Below, piece after piece: positions 55,887 through 64,000 of a stretch of DNA of 64,000 bases (positions are counted from its first letter, which is position 1; every line of letters starts with the position of its first letter). The stretch spans positions 1-64,000 of the IMG/VR virus record IMGVR_UViG_2974508059_000001; one strand, 5' to 3'. A program made the translations under genes and the position numbers. This DNA comes from a virus. Its lineage: Duplodnaviria; Caudoviricetes. The notes under the pieces were generated by a model, which did no database searches, was not told the origin of the DNA, and saw nothing but the letters and a program-made list of their open reading frames with translations.

Positions 55887-57158
55887 ATGAACTTTATTCA
55901 ACAGAAACTCGCGCGTGAGTCCATCGAAGGAACCGGCACCGTCGTTCCAGACGGTCTGGAACTGCCAGCTGAGTCGGTAGAGGGTATCCTCGCTGACCTG
56001 GCCCACGACGACCGCGTAATCGACAGTAACGACGCTGATGCTGCTGTACTGGCTGCTGATGCTGACGAAACTGATGCGCAGCTGGACGACGTTGACGCTG
56101 CTGTCGACGCTGCTGACCCGGATAGCGAAACGCCGGCTGACGAAAAGATGGAAGCCGAAGAAGACATGCCTGACTCCGCTGCGGAAGCACTGGACGTTGC
56201 GCAGGAGTCTATCCGTCGTCGTTGGGGTCTGGATGCTCGTCAGTCAGTCGCCCGCGAAAGCTATGGCTCGTCTAACCGCCGTCAGGTTGCTCGTGAATCC
56301 CTGTGGACCGATATCAAAGGTTTCCTGCAGCGTATCCTCGAGTGGCTGCAAGAGCAGGGTCGTAAGCTGAAAGACCGTTGGCTGAAATTCAGCAACGTCG
56401 GCAAGTCCATTCAGGGGCGTGCGGCTAAGTACGAAGCGCAGATCCGTGCACTGGGCAAGCAGAACAAAGACACCATCTCTGGTCCATTCGTTAAGCAACT
56501 GTCTATCAATGGCAAGTTCATCGGTAACGACAGCGCTAAACTGAACGAGCAGCTGGCGGTTTGTACTGGTCTGGTTGACCTGCTGGCGGAAGTGACTGGC
56601 GTGGGTGAAGAGATGGTATCGGCACTGGAAGGCGCAGGCAATCCAGAAACTGCAACCACCGCGAATGCCAAGAAGCTGATTACGATGATCCGTACCCGTG
56701 TGGACGGTGAAGAAGAAATGCTGGGCGGCAACAAAATGGTTATCAAAACCGAAGGCGAAGGCGACGACACCACGGCAACTCTGTCGTATGTTGCTTCCGA
56801 AGCTGAAGGCGAAGCCTCTGTCCCTACTCCTAATGCCGGTCAGCTGGCCTCTGCTAACACCTTCTACAAGAAAGTGGGCGTGGAGCTGGAGAAACAGGTT
56901 CAGAACTACCGCAAAGTCGACGCAGCCCGTAGCAAGTTCGAAAGCGAACTGCAGAAGCTGGTTAAGCGTGTTGACGGCGTTAAGATCGATGAGAAACCGG
57001 GTCTGGCTCGCGCCGTCCGTGTTATCCGTCGTGGCGTAACTGGCATCAATGCGACCGTGTCCTCTTCTGAGCGCGCGATTGCCATGATCCAGAAAAACCT
57101 GACCGCTGGCCTGAACGGCTACATCGCGTCTGGTATTGCTGCACACGCCAAAGGTTAA
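55887..57158 (+). CDS. Abundant internal head/ejection protein, paralog 2 (SPN3US gp54 family)
   Basis: Shares MNFIQQ..ARES, AQESIRRRW, GLNGYI..GI.A.AKG with the neighbour. Confidence 0.8.
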   Translation: MNFIQQKLARESIEGTGTVVPDGLELPAESVEGILADLAHDDRVIDSNDADAAVLAADADETDAQLDDVDAAVDAADPDSETPADEKMEAEEDMPDSAAEALDVAQESIRRRWGLDARQSVARESYGSSNRRQVARESLWTDIKGFLQRILEWLQEQGRKLKDRWLKFSNVGKSIQGRAAKYEAQIRALGKQNKDTISGPFVKQLSINGKFIGNDSAKLNEQLAVCTGLVDLLAEVTGVGEEMVSALEGAGNPETATTANAKKLITMIRTRVDGEEEMLGGNKMVIKTEGEGDDTTATLSYVASEAEGEASVPTPNAGQLASANTFYKKVGVELEKQVQNYRKVDAARSKFESELQKLVKRVDGVKIDEKPGLARAVRVIRRGVTGINATVSSSERAIAMIQKNLTAGLNGYIASGIAAHAKG

Positions 57159-57178
57159 TTCCTTTACGTGTCGGGAAA

Positions 57179-57210
57179 CCCCACTCTTCGGAGTGGGGAT
57201 TCTTTCTTTT
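57179..57210 (+). terminator. Intrinsic terminator
   Basis: CCCCACTC-TTCG-GAGTGGGG plus T-rich tail. Confidence 0.85.
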
Positions 57211-57226
57211 ATTCGACCGAATCTGA

Positions 57227-57246
57227 GATAGATATCATTTAGGTGA
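57227..57246 (+). promoter_or_regulatory. Early promoter motif
   Basis: GATAGATATCATTTAGGTGA. Confidence 0.65.
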
Positions 57247-57311
57247 GGTTACGCTATGACCTTTTTTACACGAGACCCATTCAATTATGTAATCGTAAGG
57301 AGAATTTACCC

Positions 57312-57932
57312 ATGAACTATAACCTGCTCTCTGTAATCGACGTAACGGGCAACACTGCAAACCTGAGTGATGCTAAAGTCTTTGAGTTGCATTTCGAACA
57401 TCAAGCACCATTACGTGTACCGCGTCCGGTTATGCTTGGCATCGCTTCCTTCGTACAAGCCTGCTACGCTCGCAACACGGAGCACGCTACCCTCCACTAC
57501 AACAGCCGTACCTTCACACTGGGCCAGAAGTGTGACTTCGATACATACAAGCGCCTACAGCCGCTTTACAAGTGGGCTATCGCCGCCGGTATGGAATACA
57601 TGCACAAAACCGCCAGCCGTGACTACAGTAAGTTTGAACACTTCTACCGTAAACACGTTGCCCGTGTGCCGGAAGTCATGGACGGTTATCTGACCGTCGT
57701 AACCGAAGTGTGCTTTGATAAAGCCGACATGCAAATGGTGTTGGATATCGAGCAGCGCATGATGAACGAACATCTGCTGGATGATGCCAACGGTGCCGTC
57801 GAGTCTGAGCAGATTACTCATGCGCGGGTTACGCATTTGTCCAGTGCGAAGGAACGACTGATTACGGCTCAACCGCTGACAATGCCACAGCTGGTGATTC
57901 ACCGTAAAAGCTCGGTTCAGTCGCAGTTCTAA
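57312..57932 (+). CDS. Hypothetical early protein (206 aa)
   Basis: TAAGGAG RBS before ATG 57312; terminator 57941-57967. Confidence 0.8.
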   Translation: MNYNLLSVIDVTGNTANLSDAKVFELHFEHQAPLRVPRPVMLGIASFVQACYARNTEHATLHYNSRTFTLGQKCDFDTYKRLQPLYKWAIAAGMEYMHKTASRDYSKFEHFYRKHVARVPEVMDGYLTVVTEVCFDKADMQMVLDIEQRMMNEHLLDDANGAVESEQITHARVTHLSSAKERLITAQPLTMPQLVIHRKSSVQSQF

Positions 57933-57980
57933 TTAACACGCCCCACTTCGGTGGGGTTAGTTTTTTTGTAAGGAGTAATC

Positions 57981-58325
57981 ATGCCACACGTCATGTTAGA
58001 CTTTCCAGATGAAGCTTTGCATCAATCACACGGCTTACTGTTTAGACTCGGGGACATCACCTACGATTTACAAATCGAGTCTGTCAAAGAAGCGATTGAG
58101 CAGCTCGCCGACAAAGATTTCCAGGGTCAGATTACCGTGAAGTTGCACCGTAGTGTTCACGGCCTGGGTCGCCTCATCCACATTGAGGTCCATGCACTGA
58201 GCCTTGAGGTTGAGCCGCGTTATGTTCAACTCATTGATTTTAGCGATACCGTGCAGGTGCACAAATTCGAACGTCGTATTATCCTCGCCGCCTTGCGCGG
58301 TACTTTAGAGAAACTCCGCAAATGA
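57981..58325 (+). CDS. Hypothetical protein (114 aa)
   Basis: TAAGGAG RBS. Confidence 0.75.
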   Translation: MPHVMLDFPDEALHQSHGLLFRLGDITYDLQIESVKEAIEQLADKDFQGQITVKLHRSVHGLGRLIHIEVHALSLEVEPRYVQLIDFSDTVQVHKFERRIILAALRGTLEKLRK

Positions 58326-58840
58326 AAATCACCGTCATCGCTGCTGTAGACAACCAATGGGGTCTGGGCAAAGACAATAAACTGGCATGGCGTTTACCGC
58401 GCGACTTCCAATGGTTTAAAGAACAGACCATGGGTAAGATGGTGGTCATGGGGCGTAAGACCTTTGAGTCTATCGGTTCCAAGCCATTGCCGAATCGCCG
58501 TAACTGGGTGATTACCCGCGACAGCCGTAACGTCGTTCCAGCCCAAGGCACTGAATACGGTGTGGGGATTATCACCAAGCCCGATGAGCTTCTGCTGATT
58601 GCCGATAGCTGGAAAGAGAAAGAGGTGGTTATCATCGGTGGTGCTGAGGTGTACGAGATGTTTCTCGAGCACGCTGACCGTATTCTGATTACCCACGTGG
58701 ATACGGAGATTGAAGGCGGGGCAGATGCGGTCTTCCCGCAGTTCGACCGTAACCTGTACAACCAGCGTAGCCTGCTGCACGTCCCAGCCGACGATAAACA
58801 CGCGCACGACTTCACCGTTGTGGAGTACACCAAGAAGTAG
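58322..58840 (+). CDS. folA: Dihydrofolate reductase
   Basis: LAWRLPRDFQWFK, VMGRKTFESIG, PLPNRRN, IIGGAEVY, DAVFP. Confidence 0.97.
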   Translation: MKITVIAAVDNQWGLGKDNKLAWRLPRDFQWFKEQTMGKMVVMGRKTFESIGSKPLPNRRNWVITRDSRNVVPAQGTEYGVGIITKPDELLLIADSWKEKEVVIIGGAEVYEMFLEHADRILITHVDTEIEGGADAVFPQFDRNLYNQRSLLHVPADDKHAHDFTVVEYTKK

Positions 58841-58892
58841 ACAGTTACGTGCAAAGGGTTGATACTATGTCACTGGTCACGAGGACAAACAC

Positions 58893-59330
58893 ATGTATCG
58901 GCCCGAAGAAGGTTTAGGCACGTCGTTGAATCACCTGATAATCGAGGTGGGGTTGGGTACCGATTTGATTCGGCACTTTAACTCGCTGCCGCAGGTGCAT
59001 TTCTCTGAAGCGCAATACCTGAGCATCGCCCTCTGGTTTCGACTGGTGTACGAGGGCAAGACTGCGAAGCCACTTGCCATTCCCCGTAAAGGGCCAACCG
59101 TCACGGTCGGTGTCCCGATGAACCTCAACAAGTTTATCTGGCTGTACGACTTCGTGAAGGCAGGTACCGTGGTCTCGACCTCGGTAGACCGTCACGCGGA
59201 ATACGGACGGGGCGAGAACTGGCATCTTTTGGATGCACAGGGTGTGAAGTGGCGCAAGCAGAACCAGTTGGTACAGCTTTGGCACTATCCGAATCTGGAC
59301 CACGTGCTGCTGTTGGGTGTTGACAACTAA
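58893..59330 (+). CDS. Hypothetical protein (145 aa)
   Basis: GAGGA RBS; terminator 59335-59356. Confidence 0.75.
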   Translation: MYRPEEGLGTSLNHLIIEVGLGTDLIRHFNSLPQVHFSEAQYLSIALWFRLVYEGKTAKPLAIPRKGPTVTVGVPMNLNKFIWLYDFVKAGTVVSTSVDRHAEYGRGENWHLLDAQGVKWRKQNQLVQLWHYPNLDHVLLLGVDN

Positions 59331-59370
59331 CACGGGGGACTTCGGTCCCCTTTTTTATTTGCAAGGATTA

Positions 59371-59997
59371 ATGATGAAGAAGATGTTAAAGCGTAAAGAC
59401 TTTATTGAACACCTCCGTAAGTTCGAGGGGATTGACCTTGACATTGTGGGCAACCCAGAAGACGAATTCAAAGAGTACGACGGCGGGTGTAACATTGGCA
59501 AGCTCAGCCTGAATGCCCGCGTGGTGAAGCTCCTAGAGCGTTTGCAGCTACACCAAGAGATTAGCCCGTCGACAGTCTACATCGAGATGCCCGGCGGTGC
59601 AACCCGCGGGGATGTGCTGATTACCTGCGAGAGCGATATTCGCATGGGGGCATTGCGTAAACTCCGAGCCGATGCTCAAGAAGTATCGCGCTACAACGTC
59701 AAAGGGCAGGAGATTTATATCTCCCAAGCCGTGCGGGATGAAATGAAAGACATCGCGGCACGCTTTAAATCGATGTTCCTGTTTCCCGATGCCCTCGTCA
59801 TCGTCATGCTAGACCGCCAGACCGACGCTGACGTGTTTGACCTGCAGCGTAATATGATTCCAGTGGTGAGCTCATTAACCTCGGTTAAAGGTGAGATTGT
59901 CTTCTTGGGTGAGGTCGCGGCCAAACTCACCGAGGAGTTGTTCACCATCAATGGGAGCGTCTACAAGCGGACCCGTAGCTTCTTCAAACAGGATTAA
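59371..59997 (+). CDS. Hypothetical protein
   Basis: AAGGA RBS; terminator 60002-60031. Confidence 0.75.
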   Translation: MMKKMLKRKDFIEHLRKFEGIDLDIVGNPEDEFKEYDGGCNIGKLSLNARVVKLLERLQLHQEISPSTVYIEMPGGATRGDVLITCESDIRMGALRKLRADAQEVSRYNVKGQEIYISQAVRDEMKDIAARFKSMFLFPDALVIVMLDRQTDADVFDLQRNMIPVVSSLTSVKGEIVFLGEVAAKLTEELFTINGSVYKRTRSFFKQD

Positions 59998-60073
59998 TAA
60001 GAGAGGGCCTTCGGGCTCTCTGTTTTTTTTTGCGTTACCAGCCAGTTTTATGAGCTAATGAGGAGACACCCCA

Positions 60074-61576
60074 ATGCAACAGTATTTTGAGATTCCTTCA
60101 TTAGACCAGACCATTCGAAAAGCCATCGTGGACGGTATTGTTCATCGAGCGTTAAATGAATCGGGAATCGCGAAAGCAGAAATCATCTATAACGATGAAC
60201 GCTTCAAGACAACCCATCAGGTCGGGTCTACCGAAGGCGAGGAAACCACCGCCGCCTATGCAGGCACCGACCGTGTCTACATCGGTGTGGTGGAAGAGCG
60301 TGACGAGTACGCACGTATCAATCGCCAAATCGGCATGAACGTCAATATCCCGTTCTTTGCAAACGACGATGATCAAGTACACGCGGTGGCCGGTACCTGC
60401 GGTTATGATGTAACCATCACCCTAACGCGCCACAATCAATCAGAAGACGAGTTACACCGTTGGGTGAACCGTCTCAACGCTTTGCAGGATATGGGCCGCT
60501 ACAGCCTGATGGCGGAGTCTGAGGCCTACTACATTATCCCTAAGCCTGCCCTGCAATTGCTGAACGCGTGCTACGTGGCTGCGAATACCCGGGTACCGAA
60601 GCATGAAAGCTTCCCGGAATACCTGCGGGCGTACTTTGGTAAAGAAGTCACCCGCGTCTCGAACGTGGCCGGTGGACAGGAGTCACTGGCGGTGCGCTTT
60701 GCACCAACCCGTGTGGAGCTTGTGTATTCAACTGAACCCCCAACGTGGGATAAGGATGAAAATCACTATGAAGCCGCTTTTAACATCAAGTTCTTTTACC
60801 AGCCGCCAGAAGAGGTGGTGGTCTCGTGCCCGTACATTATTAATCAAACGCCACTACCGGACGAATGGTGGCCGGACATTGACGGACCGTGGGTAAGCAA
60901 CGAGGAGTTCGTGCGTCGCTCCCAGCAGCAACAGAACCTCGATGGAACGTGGTGGGTCAATGAGAAACGCCCCCTGATTCAACTGCCGTACCTGCTGGCA
61001 CCCAAAGAGCAGTTCCTGCGTCTGCACTACCCAGCGAAGCACGCCCCGTTACCTATCTTCGGTACCGATGTCGCCTTTGAAGAAGACAACATGGTTGACC
61101 CGGTTGTCTTCAACGTTGCTGACCTGCCCTACCGGTGGAACGATGCGCTGCTGCCCTACATCGAGCACTGTCGCCGTATTGACCGCACCGGGATGACCGG
61201 GATGTTCCGCTTCCTTGCGTTTGAGGAAGGAGCACTTATCGAGCCGCGTCTCTACCATTGGGATAACGGTAACTTCCAGTTGCTGCGTCGTCAAAACGTC
61301 ACCAAGAACTATTTCGTGCTGGAGACGGTACTCTCTGATTGGCGGGATCTGGACTTGTGGCCGTTGCACCTGTACCCCAAAGCGGCAGAGGTGTTAATCA
61401 AGTGGTTGTTCCCGGATTGGGATACCCCGGATTGGTGGTGGGACTTACCGCGCTTACCGCCGTCAGTGATTGATAAAATCCCACGGGATAAATACAGAGA
61501 CCGGGACTATTACCTGACCATCTTTAACACGGGCATCCTGACTGTCGAAGGAGTAGAAGATGCTGAAGTCGAGTAA
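60074..61576 (+). CDS. Virion structural protein (500 aa; tail/neck block)
   Basis: GAGGAG RBS, TATG late-type start upstream; synteny. Confidence 0.65.
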   Translation: MQQYFEIPSLDQTIRKAIVDGIVHRALNESGIAKAEIIYNDERFKTTHQVGSTEGEETTAAYAGTDRVYIGVVEERDEYARINRQIGMNVNIPFFANDDDQVHAVAGTCGYDVTITLTRHNQSEDELHRWVNRLNALQDMGRYSLMAESEAYYIIPKPALQLLNACYVAANTRVPKHESFPEYLRAYFGKEVTRVSNVAGGQESLAVRFAPTRVELVYSTEPPTWDKDENHYEAAFNIKFFYQPPEEVVVSCPYIINQTPLPDEWWPDIDGPWVSNEEFVRRSQQQQNLDGTWWVNEKRPLIQLPYLLAPKEQFLRLHYPAKHAPLPIFGTDVAFEEDNMVDPVVFNVADLPYRWNDALLPYIEHCRRIDRTGMTGMFRFLAFEEGALIEPRLYHWDNGNFQLLRRQNVTKNYFVLETVLSDWRDLDLWPLHLYPKAAEVLIKWLFPDWDTPDWWWDLPRLPPSVIDKIPRDKYRDRDYYLTIFNTGILTVEGVEDAEVE

Positions 61577-62885
61577 GTCGGGTGCCGAATGGCAACCTAT
61601 CAAACAGCCTACCCCGGAATTGGCACAAGCCCAAGACGGGATAAAGGAAGCCTCGAACATTGTGACCGAGCCATTACGCACCACGGTAATGGACTTGCAG
61701 CGTGTGTCGAAGCAGCACCTGTTACAGTACGTAACCGGTTCCTCGTGGTCGGTGACGTTCTACCACTTCCTGCGGGGCAAGAATGACCCGTTGAAAATTA
61801 TCGACCCCAAGGTTGATAACTCCACCCAACAGCTGGAGAAAATCCACAATCTCGAGCTGCGTGTCACCACCGCTTTGCAGCGTAGTCAGCAGTCCGACAA
61901 CCGCACCTTTGAAATCACCGGGGCTGCGACGGTAGTCAACTCGATTCCGCCGAACGTTACCGACTGCTTTGTGGCAGAGATGGATGGCGGTCGACTGGGC
62001 CTGTTTAACATCACGTCTTCAATCCGTGGGTCCGACAACAAAATCGCCACCTACGAGATTGAGTACGCGATGCTCTACGAGGTCACGCCGGATATTGCGA
62101 ACATCCTGAAAGCGTGTACGGTGCGTGAGTATTACTACGTCCGGGAACGTGCGTGGTGGGGCGAAGACACCCTCTTACAGCCGGACGAGTGGAATGAGTT
62201 TCTGCGGGTAGAACGTTTACTGCTGGATATCGAGCAGACGTATGTCAAACGCTTCTACGATCACGAAACCCAAACGCTGAAGTTCCCCGAGGATGAGTAC
62301 CGGGTGTACGATGTGTTCTTGGCACGGTTTGTTCGGGCAATTGGCTTGACCATGCCGGGGCACGATATCCGTATCTACCCGCACCCACCCAAACAGGTGA
62401 ACGATGTCGAAACCTTCTGGGACGCTATCATTAACCAAAGCGGAACCTTCCTTGAGGACTTCAACCGCCGTTGTGCGTGTTTCTCTGTGAAGACGTTCCG
62501 GGTATTGCAGATGATGAACACCATTGGCTGGTCAAAGTTCCATGCCACGTTGTTCTTCACTGCGGATAACAAGTACGCGACCTACCCGTACAACTTCCCG
62601 GGCTTTGCTGGTTTTGTACCAGAGAGCATTAACTACCGCGGCAACGTAGGGGAAACCTTACCGGCCTTCGGTGTTCCAACTCTCACGCCGTATATCCTGA
62701 GTGAAGAGTTTTACAAGGGCAGTTACACCAACGTGCTTGAGTGGGCGTTGCACCTCTTTATCAAACAGCAGCCGATTTCTCCCCAGCCGATCATTATCTT
62801 GGCTGAGATGTTACGTACGCTGCCGAAGACGGCGCAGTTCTACTACACCCCGCTGGTTTACGTGCTCCTCCGTTACGTGAGGTAG
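61560..62885 (+). CDS. Virion structural protein (441 aa)
   Basis: AAGGAG RBS; operon with neighbours. Confidence 0.65.
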   Translation: MLKSSKSGAEWQPIKQPTPELAQAQDGIKEASNIVTEPLRTTVMDLQRVSKQHLLQYVTGSSWSVTFYHFLRGKNDPLKIIDPKVDNSTQQLEKIHNLELRVTTALQRSQQSDNRTFEITGAATVVNSIPPNVTDCFVAEMDGGRLGLFNITSSIRGSDNKIATYEIEYAMLYEVTPDIANILKACTVREYYYVRERAWWGEDTLLQPDEWNEFLRVERLLLDIEQTYVKRFYDHETQTLKFPEDEYRVYDVFLARFVRAIGLTMPGHDIRIYPHPPKQVNDVETFWDAIINQSGTFLEDFNRRCACFSVKTFRVLQMMNTIGWSKFHATLFFTADNKYATYPYNFPGFAGFVPESINYRGNVGETLPAFGVPTLTPYILSEEFYKGSYTNVLEWALHLFIKQQPISPQPIIILAEMLRTLPKTAQFYYTPLVYVLLRYVR

Positions 62886-62887
62886 TA

Positions 62888-63433
62888 ATGAGCAAGAAGT
62901 TTACCCCCGCCTTCCATTTGTTTCACAGCTGGGTAAGCTGGCGTGTGCCGGCTTATGCAACGTTGACCGAGTACGCCTTGCAAGAGCACGGTGTCTTTTT
63001 GCCGGAAGACAAGAAGAAGGCCAACGCCATCCTGCACGACCGTAAGATGATAATGGCTCGTCCGTTTGAAATTGCGGAGTATCTGTCGCAGGGTATGCCA
63101 CTGGACATCAATGACCCCAACGATGCTATCAAGGTATACGGTTGGATAATGGAACACATGGCCAACTGGTTGAACTTTTCCAGTAACCCGTCCCTTATCA
63201 AACGGCATATCCCGATAGAAGGAATGCGTGAGTTTAATAACCTTGCGAACAAGCTCTTTCCGGTCGCCCACCGTTACGGGTATTTCCGTAAGGCGGAAAT
63301 CACGATGTCAGACTCGTTGCAGTCGTTCTTCGGTCAGGAGGTGAAAGCCACCAAAGACGAACACCGCTTTAACGACACCCTGATACGGCGACTGGAAGTG
63401 GCAGCGCGTTATCAATCCCGAGGAGCGAGATAA
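62888..63433 (+). CDS. Conserved hypothetical protein (181 aa)
   Basis: GAGG RBS; TAATG coupling to next gene. Confidence 0.75.
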   Translation: MSKKFTPAFHLFHSWVSWRVPAYATLTEYALQEHGVFLPEDKKKANAILHDRKMIMARPFEIAEYLSQGMPLDINDPNDAIKVYGWIMEHMANWLNFSSNPSLIKRHIPIEGMREFNNLANKLFPVAHRYGYFRKAEITMSDSLQSFFGQEVKATKDEHRFNDTLIRRLEVAARYQSRGAR

Positions 63434-64000
63434 TGTTCGATAGGTTCCAGACAATTGTCAATAGCCACATCAGCCGGGCAATTGCGGCACCTGCCATCAA
63501 CTACAGCGCTATCGTCACCATCAAGGGCATCACGCTCAAAGTGTTGAAGGTGCGGGACGTTATCCACAGCAGTAACTTCGTGGGGGCGGTCTCAACGATA
63601 ACGCACATCACGATGGCAGTCCCGACCTCCCAGATGCGACTACTGACCACCCGTGCCAACGGAAACATGAATGTCAAACTCCTTACCTTGGCCGGTGAGA
63701 AGATTTTGAACACCGTGAACTACAATGGCGTGGTGGTCGGTACCCGTGACCCGGACATGGAATCCCCGACGATGTTCTTGGGGGAGTCTGATGATAAGTC
63801 GGTGGCCATGGTAACGCTTGAGCTGATGCCAGCCTCACTGTGGTACCAGCGTCTGAAGAACGTGGGCGGGACGTATCACGGGACGGATGGTCTCACGCTA
63901 CTGCGTAAACTGTTGGTTGATACCCTGCCCAATCAGCAGGCCGAAGCCGGCATTGTGCACTCGATTCAGTACGAGACGGAAGAGCAGCAACTTTATCGGG
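63433..64000 (+). CDS. Partial CDS running off the window, putative baseplate hub-like virion protein
   Basis: AGGAG RBS, ATG 63433 (MFDRFQTIVNSH..), open to the window end. Confidence 0.65.
   Translation, partial: MFDRFQTIVNSHISRAIAAPAINYSAIVTIKGITLKVLKVRDVIHSSNFVGAVSTITHITMAVPTSQMRLLTTRANGNMNVKLLTLAGEKILNTVNYNGVVVGTRDPDMESPTMFLGESDDKSVAMVTLELMPASLWYQRLKNVGGTYHGTDGLTLLRKLLVDTLPNQQAEAGIVHSIQYETEEQQLYR

Noticed and set aside
56244-57146. 300-aa antisense ORF in head paralog 2 (likewise 54574-55209, 12749-13459, 51996-52637)
   Set aside because: Antisense shadows of codon-biased genes
1-64000. Alternative genetic code, mobile elements, inteins
   Set aside because: Genes read through with the standard code, TAA/TAG/TGA all serve as stops, no suppressor tRNA was found, and no transposase, integrase, homing endonuclease or intein motifs were seen

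Overview
This window is from a nucleus-forming jumbo myophage (phiKZ-like, Chimalliviridae). Gene order resembles enterobacterial SPN3US/Erwinia-type phages. Assignments come from motifs and recalled synteny; no searches were run. From left to right: (1) a small membrane protein and a TAXI-type solute-binding protein; (2) a 2.4-kb non-coding island (1365-3780) with 8 canonical tRNAs interleaved with at least 3 tRNA-like RNAs and many other structured modules; (3) an early operon of overlapping genes; (4) the polymerase half of a split family-B DNA polymerase; (5) the phage-nucleus core block: chimallin, nvRNAP subunits, SbcD-like nuclease, ChmC, gp68-like factor, PicA, gp70-like protein and SF2 helicase; (6) a putative tail/baseplate chaperone pair with a candidate -1 frameshift; (7) a vRNAP beta' fragment and the exonuclease half of the polymerase; (8) a head/ejection/baseplate block with AxE-S protease sites; (9) DHFR and further virion genes. 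A 20-bp early-promoter-like motif occurs 8 times. The best novelty candidates are the structured/tRNA-mimic RNA island, a shared C-terminal motif on ChmA/ChmC/PicA, GGSLL repeats in the PicA neighbour, and the frameshift.
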